From: Sphyrna mokarran
Lineage: Eukaryota
Length of the DNA: 64,000 bases
Reading direction: 5' to 3'
NCBI GenBank assembly: GCA_024679065.1
Contig: JAGIQG010000008.1
Span: forward strand, 79,918,001-79,982,000
Under the pieces are notes generated by a model. The model had not been told where the DNA came from. It did not search any database and saw nothing but the letters and a program-made list of their open reading frames with translations. Positions 26,436 through 38,584 of the stretch are shown piece after piece. Both the position numbers and the translations under genes were made by a program. The first letter of the stretch is position 1. Each line of letters begins with the position of its first letter.

Positions 26436-26745
26436 ACTTATACCAGAGCGAGAAGCCCTCCCACCTCTTCTTAATCTCCCAGGAAAGTTAGCCAAGAGCA
26501 AACATGGAAATGGGAGGAATCACGCCAGCCATTCCCAGAGCCCAGGCCGGCCTGTGTTTACAAAGTGACGGCATTGAGTGCTGGGTGACTGGAGAAGCGG
26601 GGGTGCCCGGAGGGAATTACGGTTAAGGGTGGGTTATTGTCAAGGAAGGATATGCGCAACAAGTCGCGTCAGCTTCTCACCCCCTTCCTATTGAATTTAC
26701 AAGCTGGGGAGTAAACAACAAACTATTTTTACCTGGTGACGTGAA
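26436..26745 (-). promoter_or_regulatory. Candidate TPH1 proximal promoter
   Basis: TATAAGT on the minus strand (26442-26436); TAATCT 26472-26477; forkhead-type TGTTTAC 26555-26561 and GTAAACA 26711-26717; CRE half or near sites at 26566, 26667 and 26737 (TGACGTGA). CpG is visibly more frequent over ~24.5-27.2 kb than elsewhere. Confidence 0.55.
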
Positions 26746-27959
26746 AGCTGAAAGGTGTGTGTGGTTGAGGGGGAGTTTAAACGTGTTTCAATGACAGGAG
26801 AGAGAATGAAAAGCGGCTACAACCACAGCGATTGTGGAGATCGCAAAAGTACTGGGTCCCAGCATAAAGCAACTAACCAGCAACTGGCAATCGTGATTTC
26901 AACACAATATCATAAAATGATTCACCATTCGTTCATTGCACCTCACTGTTTTGGTGTTAATAATTACAAGTATCAATTCACCGGCAGATTTTCGTTAAAA
27001 ATTGTATTATCCTGAGCTCTGTGTAAAAAGACAATTTGTGACTGTCAATTCATCAGCGCTAAACGAAATCATGGAATGTATATGTGAAATCGATATGGTT
27101 TCCTGCTTCTCACCAATGTACTGTAGCCGGCTGCTCACCTCTATCTCAACATCTCTCCCCACTTATCCTTCAATCCTTTCTTTATCTAGATCTTTTTCTC
27201 GCTTTCCATCTCTATTTCCACTTTTCCCCCTCTACATAATTTTCCTTCTGTTTCATTTTAATCTGTGGTCCTCTGTTTCGTTTCTTTTTGTTTTCCTGAT
27301 CCTTCGGTTTATTTTTTCTTTAAACTAGTTCTTTATTCTGTTTATCTCAGCTCGGCTTTCTGTCTCTTTTTATAGCTTGCCAGATTCTGTCCTAACCACT
27401 CCACACCTTGCTCTCCAGGTCTCTGCCATTTATCTGCCTAACTCGACATTTTTCCAACCCTCTGTCTCACTAATTCAGCCTTCGTTTGTCTACATCTCTC
27501 TACTCCGTTTTTAGGTGCCTCTACTTCATCTAGCCCCATCTACCAGTGCGTTTCTTTGTTATTGTAACTGACGGCGTATCCCTTCTACCTTTCTGTCTTC
27601 ACCTGTATCTGTTTCTCTGCAGATTCTTTTTATTTCTCTCTCTCTCATTATATCTGTTTATCTATCCTTGCTTGTTCCAGCTTTCAGCTAATTGATTCTT
27701 TGTTTATCAAAGGGAGCACTTTCATCAAGCGTAATAAAGGGTAAAGAGAATACCCTTTCTGGGTCCATCTCTATATTTGTCTCTTATTTGTCTGTGTCTC
27801 CTTGCTCCTACTCCAACCAGCCTGTTTAGTTCTACCTCTCCCTCATTGTTACTGCCTCTCTCTGATCGGCCCTTTGCCAAAATGTCAAAATAAAACAACC
27901 GCAAGGATTAGATCAAAGGTTTTAGAACTTTGCAACGTCCAGGAGTGTCAATCGCACAA

Positions 27960-29075
27960 TGTAATAATGGTATTAACGCTATTAGTGCCTTAAAACTCCG
28001 CAATTATAAAAGCTATGCAGGATATTAACGCTATGTTGGATTAAAACATTGCGGGTATTAACGCTATATGGCTATTAACACTATGTGGGTATTAATACTA
28101 ATACCCACTTTACCATATTAATACTAAAGCTTTATGAGTATTAATGATATGTAGGTATTAAAACTATGCAGGGATCAATGCTACGAGGGTATTAACACTG
28201 TGCAGGAATTAATGCTCTGTGGATATTGACACTGTGGCTTAAAGCTGTGTGGTTATTAAGGCTAGTGACGCTCTGCGGGGATTAACACTACTGGTATTAA
28301 TGCCATGTGAATATTGAAGCTCTGTAAGTATTAATACTATACGGCTATTAACGCTCTGCTGCTATTAATACTATGTGAACATTGAAGCTCTTGGTTATCA
28401 ACTCTATACCAGTTTTAACACTGTATGAGTATTAAAGCTCTATAAGTATGAACACTAGGTGGGTATTAAAGCACTGTGAGTATTAACATTGAGTATTAAC
28501 ACTATGCAGCTATATGGCTATGAACACCATGTGGATATTAAAGTTCTGTGGGTATTTACATTTTGTGGATATTAACACTCTACAAGTATTAAAACTATAT
28601 GAGCATTAAAGGTATGTGGCATTATGGCAATGCAGGGCTTAATGCTATGTGGAGTACTAATGCTATGTAGAAATCAATGCTTAGTGAGTATTAACACTAT
28701 GTGGTATTAAAGCTATTGCAGGTACACTCTGTGGATATTAACGGTGTGTGGATATTAATTTTCTGTGAGTATTAACACTGTGGATATTAATGCTGCATGG
28801 GTATTAATACTATGTAGTATTAACGCTATGCAGATATTAAAGCAATACTAATATTAAAGCTACGTGAGTTTTAAAACTATGTGGATATTACTGTTATATG
28901 GTATTAATGCTATGCACTAGTGTTATTAACACTAACATTAATACATATTAATGGTATGCGAGTAATGATGTTTTATGGATGTTGAAAATCTGCAGGTATT
29001 TAAACTATGTGAGTATTAATGCTGTGTGGGTATTAATGATGTGTGGGTACTAATATTATGTAGGGTGCTAACATT
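27960..29075. repeat. Degenerate ~17 bp minisatellite (GGGTATTAACACTATGT)
   Basis: Dozens of TATTAA cores at ~15-19 bp spacing. Confidence 0.92.
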
Positions 29076-29559
29076 TTTTTCTCTGTTTCACATTAGATAA
29101 TTATCCTTCCATATTTTGGAATAACTACTAAAGCTAATAGGTTGGGGTTTGGCAAAACCATTTTTGGGAAAGGTTTTGATGGTTACCATCTCATAACCAA
29201 TCAGAAAATTAGAAAACAATAAGCATTTTTGTTTTTTTCTCTGTTCTTATGCATTTTATCCAATGTCAATAATTAATAATGAAATAGGAAGGATCCAGCA
29301 AAATTACTGAAACAGAAAGATCCACTCAATCTGTATAATCACAAACTGAAATGAAAACATCTCCTATTATTATCACAGTAATAGAAATATCACAACGACT
29401 CTGACCAAATGGAAAGATCACAATTAATATCAATGAAATGAAAACCCATCTTCTGAAACTCTTCTGAAACATCAAAATTATCAGATGGCAGAAAACTCAT
29501 TATTAAATTATTCACATAATTTTAGTTTGAATAAACTATTTGTGTTTGTATATTTGTGC

Positions 29560-29935
29560 CAGTGCAACTCAGTGGTTCTCATATCACATCTCTATGGCTG
29601 TGAGGTATGGACAGCCTGCTGGCATCACATAAAACAATTAGATTAGTGTTAATACTCATACAGCTTTAATATCAGCATTGCTTTAATATCTGCACAACGT
29701 TAATACCACACAGCATTAACACCTATGCAACAATCCAACTTTGCTGTATAAAACCTATATGCAATATTGCTGATATCGAGAGCATGCTCATCAGTTTCAC
29801 TACAAAAGCCATATGATTTGAAAAAGATTCCTGTGTGCCAAAGTTAGTTTTCTACAGCTAGATGAGTATGAAAATGTGCACAATAGAGCATCCTAAACTC
29901 AGATGCATCCTGAAAACCAATCTCAGTCTGTAATT
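29560..29935 (+). mobile_element. RTE-clade LINE remnant, split by an inverted minisatellite piece
   Basis: VVLISHLYGCEVWT (LLYGCEAWT-like) and PKLVFYS motifs. Confidence 0.65.
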
Positions 29936-30234
29936 TAGACCATTTTCTATTAGGCAGTTCTTGAGATTGAGGATAACTTGCTTCCACTCTGGGTTGATGG
30001 GCTCTGAGGAGGTTGATACATCCAGTGCTTGATACCGGGCTTATAGTTTTTGAAGGGCAAATAAGGTGTTTGGAGGTTGTGCACTTTCTCCAACCCCTTG
30101 ACTTCGCCCCTGACTGCTCCCAACAAAGTCACTCAATGCATTCAGTTGCTTCCAGAATAAATTTTCCCTATTTGGTCAGCACAATCTCTTCAGTGATGCT
30201 TTGGAGACATCCCTAAAGCTTCCTGAACAAGTTT

Positions 30235-30480
30235 GTTAATCTCTTGCTGCCCTCTGCTCTATCACAGACATTGTCATTTGTTTTTTTTGCCCCTCCCCAC
30301 TCCCACTAGTTTACAAACTCTTGAATTTCTTTCTTCTGTTCTGATGAAAAGTCATCTTAACCTGAAACATGAACTCTCTTTCCCTTCCAGATGCTGCCTG
30401 ACTTGCTATGTATTTCATAGCAAGTACATGAAATTTTTTTGTTTATACTTCAGAATTCCAAATTTTGCATATTCCTTTTG
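30235..30480 (+). mobile_element. Penelope-like terminal repeat (family 2) with CTGATGA...GAAAC core
   Basis: CTGATGA 30341-30347, GAAA 30364-30367, then CCAGATGCTGCCTGACTTGCT. Relatives at ~14415-14580, 50586-50720, 52675-52740, 55450-55610 and 59975-60072. Confidence 0.7.
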
Positions 30481-33400
30481 CATAAACCAAGTCTTCTGAT
30501 TGAGAAAGTGCAGTCTGAGTACTTGCCACTTATAGCAAAAGGCATCCACCTAATAGTTGAATGGAAAATTGTCTTTAAACTCAAAGTGATATTGCAGTGT
30601 TAGAACAGTTTATGTTTACAGCTTCAGCCTAATACAATCAAATCCCACTGTACATTTAAGTTTTGAATTAATTTCAAGGATCACTGGGGAATCAGTCATC
30701 TTGTCACTGATTGATTCTTTGTTTATCAAAGGGAGCACTTTCATCAAGCGTAATAAAGAGTAAAGGGAATACCAATGACTTTTTATCAACTGGTCAGATT
30801 CTCATGTCATGGTTTTACCTACTCCTGCAGTGTACAGTGCCAAAACGAATACCTCTTCATTGGGTTCAATTTCTGAAGACACAAGATTCCTTCTCATCAC
30901 CTGTCCTGTCTGCATCTTCTCTGTTGCCAAAATCCCAACATCTGCATGTCACTACTTATCTTCAGCCAGGCCATATCTCTTCATAGTTACTCAATATGCA
31001 TTCTAGCCTCACAAGGTTTTTTTTGGATGAAGAAGCCAATTCAATTTAACTCAATTCATCTTAAGATGTTGGTAACCTGCTTTCTTGAACCACTGCCACC
31101 CATGTAATGTAAATACACCTACAGAGCTGTTCGGCAGTTCCAGGATTTTAAACAAGCAACAGTGATGGAATGGTGATGTAATTCCAAGTCAGGACCATGT
31201 GTAGCTTGGAGGGGAACTGGCAGGTGGTGATGTTTCCATGTACGTGTTGCCCCTGTTCTTCTAAGTGGTAGAGATCATGGATATGGAAGGTGCTGTCAAA
31301 GGAGACTGGCTAAGTTGCTGCAGTGCATTTTGAATATGGTACATATTGCTACTTTAATGGTGGAGAGAGTGAATGTTACTTTAATAGCAAAATTATCAGA
31401 AAGATGAGAGAAAGAAGAGTTATGAAGCCTAGTTCTGACGGGATTCAGCAAGAGATGATTTAACAACAATTTCCCCTCATCTATTAGGGCAAACCAAGAT
31501 CCTTAAATTTCTGTGGGTCCCATCTTGTCAACCAGAGAATGAGCTTTAATGAAAATGACATTAATAGCAGAATTATCAGAAAGATGAGAGGAAGAAGAGT
31601 TATAAAGCCTAGTTCTGAAGGGATTCTGCAAGGGAAGATTTTAGCAACAATTTCCCTTCAACTATTAGGGCAAACCAAAATGTTTAAATTTCTGTAGTTC
31701 TCATCTTGTCAACCAGAGAATGAGCTCCCACCAGCATTCTTCTAGTAGCTTGTAAGAAAACCTCCTCCTCACCCCTAGCCATTTCTCTCTCTCTCTTTCT
31801 CTCTCCATGACTTTCTTGCAATGCACCATCTCTGAATCAGAAAGTCTACACACAGCAAAGTCTGCTCCTTTCTTTGTGTCCAAGTGTGAAAACTAATTTT
31901 TTGATAAGACTAGCCCTGGGCTCCAGTTCATGTGGGTTAGTCACTAGGCCAGATCAGTATGTCACATATCACCCTCTACTACTACCTCAACATAAAAGAG
32001 ACAGCTCAAAACCATATTTTAAAAGCTCACACTTGTAACACCAAGCAGCTGGAAAGTTGAGGCATTTTTTCAGTGTAGGAAGTGAATTTTATGTTATTTT
32101 AAAATGAAAATAAATACTGCCTTTAGTTTACATATCAAAGTGAATGCAGACTGTTTTGTTTACTGTTCATGCATTTGTCTTATGAAGAAACAAGATTTAT
32201 TGGGTCACAGGGGAGTAGAATGAGTTACTGATCAAAAGCCAGAATAGAGAGGCTCTTCTGCATTATAAGCAATCTATAGCACTTTGTGTCCATGTAAATA
32301 AAACTTCTTGCAGTCACAAAGCCTATTTTTTTTATCTGAATCTTATTTAAGAGCATGAAGTAGCCACTGTGTAGAATTTTTAATGTTACTTGCATTAGTT
32401 GGATAGTAGGAAAGTAAAACTACATTCTAGAAAGTAGGGATTTAAAGACACTTCCAGAACTGGCCAATACTATTGGATAAAATATCATTTATGGCAAATT
32501 TTAACAAACTTTCTATTATTTTTCTCTAACAAGCTGGGTCCATGACATCTGGATCACTACAATCTTCATATCTTGTATTTTGATCCATATGTTGCCTATA
32601 ATCAGCCATTTATTATGCACACAGTACCAAAGACTAGAAATGCAACAGAGAGGCTGAATACCTGTTACACAATGACTAAATATTAGATGGCAGCATAAGC
32701 ATAAATCTGCATCAAACCCTTACCTTCTTCGGCTGGCAGAAGGCCACCAAGCTCTGCCTTATCTGTCCCCTCAATGGCCTCCAACTCATGTCAAATTGCC
32801 TGTTCAATGTAGCAACTGATATATTGCAGACTGGCTGGTTTTCCAGCGATATAGGTTTGCATCTGATGAGCACATGTGGCTTTTACCTTTGAAAGAAAGA
32901 GAAAAAAGAGAACCTTTTGAGCATTAGAACATAACACAAGTGGTACTGTAATAAGGTATACCCAATATGGGTGGGAGAGAGTTGCCAAGCTGTCTCTGAA
33001 ATCATACAGTGAGCTGGTTATAATGTATATCTGTTACATGATTGAAAGGAAGCCTATCCTTCTGGTTGCTGCCAAGTTGAAAGTACAACCTCAAATAGTG
33101 AGGTTAAAAGTCATATTGCAGATGTGAGATGTGGTGGTGGACTTTTCCCAACTTATCACAGGACGTTCAGGGACAGACTACAATAATTTATGCATGATTC
33201 AGGCATGAAGAGCACTGCTCCAGAGAAACCCTCTAAGCAACACTCTTTCTTTGCTACAACTCTTAGCTTTAATACAGCCATTTTCCCTAAGTCAGAACAC
33301 AGAACATTGTTTAATTTCAATCTTGTGTTATTAAACTTTTCAACAAAACTAGGACTGTTACTTCCTCCTTACTAGAGACTATCCATTCTTCTAACAAATT

Positions 33401-35789
33401 ATCAACCTTGCTGATGAGTTCTGCTGATCTCAAGTTCTTGGGATGTGTAAAGTTCACTGGGTATAAGCATTCAATTAATATTTGTTCTTTACTGTAATGC
33501 AGGGGTGTTTGATCTAATCCCCCCCCTTATCCACTGTACTGAGTGTATTCATTCACCTTAATATGAGATGTACTGTGAGCTGAGCGTTTGGTGTATACAG
33601 TACAGCCATTGATAGGCAAGCCCATTCCTGGTTCTCACACTCCTGATCATCCTCAATCTGCAAAGCTGATTCCTCGATTACTTCAAGGATCAATACATGA
33701 TAGTGCACAGAAAACACAGCAGGAGGTATCTAATTTGGAGGATGTTTTCTTGTCCAGAACATTTTCACATTAGAGCTGGCTCCGGCAATAATTCCTACAG
33801 GTTCCATTTTCAGAAAAAAAATGGCTGTCCTGCAGGAACAAAATGATATGATGATAGGTGGAAGGGCAGATTGTGATGAGGACATTGTGATGCCTCAAAG
33901 GGGTATAGATAGATTGGGTGATGGGTGAAAATCTGGCAAATGGAGTTTAATGTCAGAAGTGTGAGGTCATCTACAGCGCACATCTGTGTGCCTTACAATT
34001 GAGATAACAAGGAATTAAAGGAAACCTGACAATTTGCAGAAGGGAACTGATTGCTGGCAGGAGATCATATTAGGAACAGGAGGTATACAATAGGGTACGT
34101 TGTGTTAAGAGAAAACTGCTGCATTTAAATCAACAGCAAGCAGTTGTAATTGATGTCTCTAAAACCAGGGCAGTTGAGACAGTTGAAAGCCGTTCCCTGT
34201 CTCCACCCCCACCTCTACTGTATGATAAGGGAGTCTGTGAAATTAGCCATGATGCTTGCATCATCATTACTCATGATCTTTATTTGCCCAGTTGAAAGAA
34301 CACTGGACATTCAAATCAGGTTATTGTCAAAGCAGGATACTGTCCCCCGTAAGCATCATATATTCAAATAATTAGTTTGGAAGGGAATGAAAATTCATTT
34401 AATTTGAACAGCTTTGAATTTCTAAAGATTCTAAAGATTGGGTTTGAGTTTAAATAAACAAGCTGTACAAGTTTAAAAATGTGAAGGTCAGTTTGTTCCC
34501 AAAAAATACAAGCTGCAATTTAGCAGCAATTCAATTTTTAACTTTCCAAAATCTTACAGTTAGAAAATAATTGTTAAGATTCGATTAACAACACATTTGA
34601 CAAAACATTTCTTATATCTTTTATTAGGTACTGAATAATGGAAATTGAAATTGGTTTAAAGGAGCAAAAGAATAGACAAAAGAGATAAAATTTGGGCAAA
34701 ATTGATGAAAATAAAATAAGGAATTTTAAAAATTATGTGAAGTGACACAATTGCATGCCAATTTTCTCCATTCCCTTTGCCCCTTCAGGATCTGCAGAAA
34801 ATATAACCTTTTCAGCAGATGGTTGATTTTTAAAAAATCTCCACACAGTTTTGTCTTTTTAATGTAACCCAGAATTAAACATATTGGCCAGAATTCTCCA
34901 GCCCTCTGCACTGCTTGAGTAGTGCAGTGGGCCAGGAAACATGAACGGGCCAGCAGACACAAATCCCATCTTTAATGGGATTCCTGTCAGGCATCTGGGC
35001 TTTCATGCATTCCCCAGGCTAAGCTTTTTAGCAGACGGGTTCATGCAGCAAGTTAAAATGTGTTCCCATACCTTTACATATCATTAGCAAGTTTGGGATG
35101 TCAGTCTCTCCCAAGCCCCCCTTAACCATTCCCCTCCATGCGACACTCTCCTCCCCTGCCCTCCCTGCTAGCATCTCCCCCTCTCCAGCATAAAGGGGAG
35201 AGAGGGCAGAGGCAGGGGTTGCTAAGTCACTGGATGGGATGGGGAGTTTACTGAATGCTGGAAATGCTGCTCCCAGGCACACAGTCGTTTCTTTGTTCTG
35301 GATGTGGGGGTGGAGTTGGGGTGAGGGAGTTTACTGAGTGCTGTCCCCAGGCACACGATTGTTCCATTATTCTGGCAGTGGGATGGGGTGAGGGAGTTTA
35401 ATGAGTGCTGGGGTTGCTGTCCCCAGGCACACGATTGTTCCATTGTTCTGGCTTGGGAAGGACGCCATGTGCTATTTGAGGGCTCAAGTCAGGCAGCTGG
35501 TGTTCCAAGCGGGGAAGCTCATGTTAACACAGACACTCAAACTGCATGGACTCTATAGTGAATGAGAACCCATATTATGATAGCCAGGTGGTGTGCTTGA
35601 CCTGCAACATGTGACTGGAATGCAGGAGTAGCACTCATGGCAATGGCTCAATGGTTCACAATGGCCATGCCTGCACACCAACCTGTATGCCCATGCTTGC
35701 TGTGGCTACGATGTTAATGGCAGGCAACCTATTCAGGTGATGCATGGCACCTCAGATGATGCCATGTTGTCAGCATCCATAAGTGGGGA

Positions 35790-36220
35790 GGACTCTGGAT
35801 TGAGGACTCTGGGTCTGTACCGTTGGAGTTTAGAAGAATAAGGGAGGATCTTATTGAAACTTACAGGATACTGTGAGGCCTGATAGACATGGAGAGGATG
35901 TTTCCACTAATAGAAAAATCTAGAACCAGAGGGCACAACCTCAGGCTAAAGAGCCAATCCTTTAAAACAGAGATGAGGAGGAATTTCTTCAGCCAGAGAA
36001 TAGTGAATCCATGGAACTCTTTGCTCAGAAGACCAGGGAGGCCAGGTCATTGAGTGAGTTTAAGACAGAGATAGATAGATTATTGATTAATACGAGGATC
36101 AGGTGTAATGGGAAAAAGCCAGGAAAATAGGGATGAGAAAAAAAATCAGCAATGATTGAGTGGCTGATATGATGGGCCAAGTGGCCTAATTCTGCTCCTA
36201 TTACTTATGGGCTTATGGGC
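35790..36220 (+). mobile_element. CR1/HER1 LINE 3' end
   Basis: LGLYPLEFRRIR.DLIETYRIL, RTRGHNLRL, MRRNFFSQR and a GGGCCAAGTGGCCTAATTCTGCTCCTA tail. Confidence 0.88.
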
Positions 36221-36299
36221 ATTGGTATCAATAAGGGAGTGGGGGTCCTGGGGTAGTAAAAAGGAAAAATATGAATTTATCTCTCTCTCTCTCTCCCTG

Positions 36300-36780
36300 T
36301 AACTCCACCCTTACACATGGATATTGGATTCATAGACATAGATACGGCCACCATTGTGGCAGCCACTGACGAAGAAGAAGCTGAGGAGGTGGAGGGAGTC
36401 TTACGGCCACTGCAAGGCCAGCCAGTCACAGAACCTACAGGAGGGCATGGGGCTGCTGGTCAGACCCAGGAAGTGGCAATGCAGTCCCTTGCATTGGGAG
36501 CTAGGAGAAGGAGACAACAAGGAGGTCCTTTGAGAGCCTGTCTGAAGCTATGTGTTGGTGTTGACTGCAAGGAGACAATGCAGTACCTGCATCAGGTCCT
36601 TGCAGATTTGGCACCTCAAAGGAGGTGCTCCCAAAGAGAGTGAAGGTTATGGTGGCCCTACACCATAGAATCATTCCAGGCATCCAGTGGGGACATCTGT
36701 GGCATCTTGCAGGCCCACGAAGTGTCTGGGAATGTTTCCACAGATGGTGAGAGAGGCTAATGCCGTCTGTGGGGCAGGGT
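36300..36780 (+). mobile_element. PIF/Harbinger transposase 5' remnant
   Basis: VKVMVALH...SFQASSGDICGILQ (~36640-36715) matches the HARBI1-type motif ALxFYxSGSFQxxxGDxxGISQ. Confidence 0.7.
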
Positions 36781-37859
36781 GACAGGCCAGCGAGGACAGT
36801 GGAGGTGGGGAGAGGAGGGGGTGTGAGGCAAGCAACGTCAATAGGAGGGTGGTGTGGTTCGGGAGGCCAACAATGTCCGTGAGGGATGATAAGCCAGCAA
36901 TATCCGTGGAGGGGAATGGGCAAGAGATTAGCAATGTTCATAGAGGATGGGACAAATTATATGACAGCTTCCCCTCTTTTTTCTCTCCTTGTATTTAAGC
37001 ATACATGCTTAAAGCTTACTTGTACTTCCCACAGTCTTTCTCATGTGCTAACAACTGAGTTGTGTTGTATGAATTTACATTGAATAAAGCGAGAAACACT
37101 CATCGATACTTACTCTATTAGATGATGCATCTTGTCCATCACCTACTGAGTTGTTAACAATGTTAACTCCTGGTGATAGGCAAGGCAGGAAAATTATTTT
37201 GAGAAATCCCTCCCAATCACCGAAGAACATTCCAGAAAATGATGTTCAGCACGATAAATCACTAGAAGAACCTAACTAAAGTTCCACCTTCTTCCCAACC
37301 ATTATCTCTGTCCCCACTGCCATCATTATGCTTCTTATAACATAAAGCACAAGAGAAGCAGGAAACACTTGCTCTGTCACAGGACCAGCATCACAATCAC
37401 AATCTTCATATCTCACTTCACTTTTCATGTCACTCAATATCTGTCTTGAAGTTTACATCATTTTGATGCCATTGTAGGCAAACTCACAATATCATTTGTG
37501 TGAAGATTCTTGTGCATAGCGTGCAACAGTTTGAAGAAATTTGCATTTTCTCCTTTATGATTGAGTCCATGTCCTCATGTTCCTGGAGCCTTGGTTATTA
37601 TTGATTATTGTGGCACTGAGCTTTCCTATTTTTTTTCAGACCGTGAGCATCTCAAAACTTTACTTCAAACCACAAAGACTCAGATTCAAATCTAATTTTT
37701 TAACGTAACCCTAGTAATTCTCAAGGCTGAAATGTGACCACCCTCCATCAACCACCCATCTTTTTTCCCATAGCTCATTCTTTGGGGAGGAGCAGACCAT
37801 TGCATGTATAAATTAATCACCATGACCTGCCATTTATTTTCTAAAACCGAAATTGTAAA

Positions 37860-38580
37860 TTCTGACCTTCTTACTTTATCACCATGCCTGAGGCTTTTGC
37901 ATTACAAGATGTGTTTCCCAAAGAAATGAAGGCCCTCCCTTAGGTCAATTTGATTAACTGCTTGTATTTATGTATTTTCACTGTTCATTTGCTCCCCCAC
38001 AACATGATTTATAGGCATCAAAATTGATATTTCTCACTCGTTGGGCCAATTTTCCAACTTATCCAAATCCCTTTTTCCATTTATTTTATACAGATTTACA
38101 ATTCCTTCAAAACTGGGATCATTAGTCAATTTGGAGATCTTTGTTGCAGTGTATTCAGTCACATCAATAAAGTTTGGCTCCAGAGTCCAGCCTTGTGGTA
38201 CTGAGGAAGTTAGCTCTATCCATTTAGATGCTGCTTCATTAAGAAATAATCTTTGCATATTATAAGCCAATAATTAGCCTGTTCTCTCCAGTTCCATCTC
38301 TTTCTCTATTTAAAAATTTTGCTAAATTCTAGGTGTACTAAATCTATTGAGTTCCTCTCATTAACAAATTGTTGTATTCTCAAACATTGTTGGAGATTTG
38401 CTAAGCAAAATCTACCAGCTGCAACTCCATATTAAATGCTAACCATGCTAACTTTTATTCTGTAGTGCCATTGCTTCTTTCAGAGTGCTTTTTATTTTAC
38501 CTACCAAACAATGTCAAACTCATAGACCTGTAGCTTCCTAGGTTATTTTTTGTCCTTTTTATAAACTGGCAACACATTTT
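37860..38580 (-). mobile_element. Old CR1 RT fragment
   Basis: LTSSVPQGWTLEP (SGVPQGSVLGP-like), KISKLTND and NLGSYRSMSLT motifs. Confidence 0.75.
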
Positions 38581-38584
38581 CACA

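Noticed and set aside
25835-26501. Several Leu/Ser-rich ORFs near exon 1
   Set aside because: Translations of the (CT)-rich leader repeat.
36317-36643. 108-aa acidic ORF as a host gene
   Set aside because: It leads directly into frameshifted Harbinger transposase motifs.
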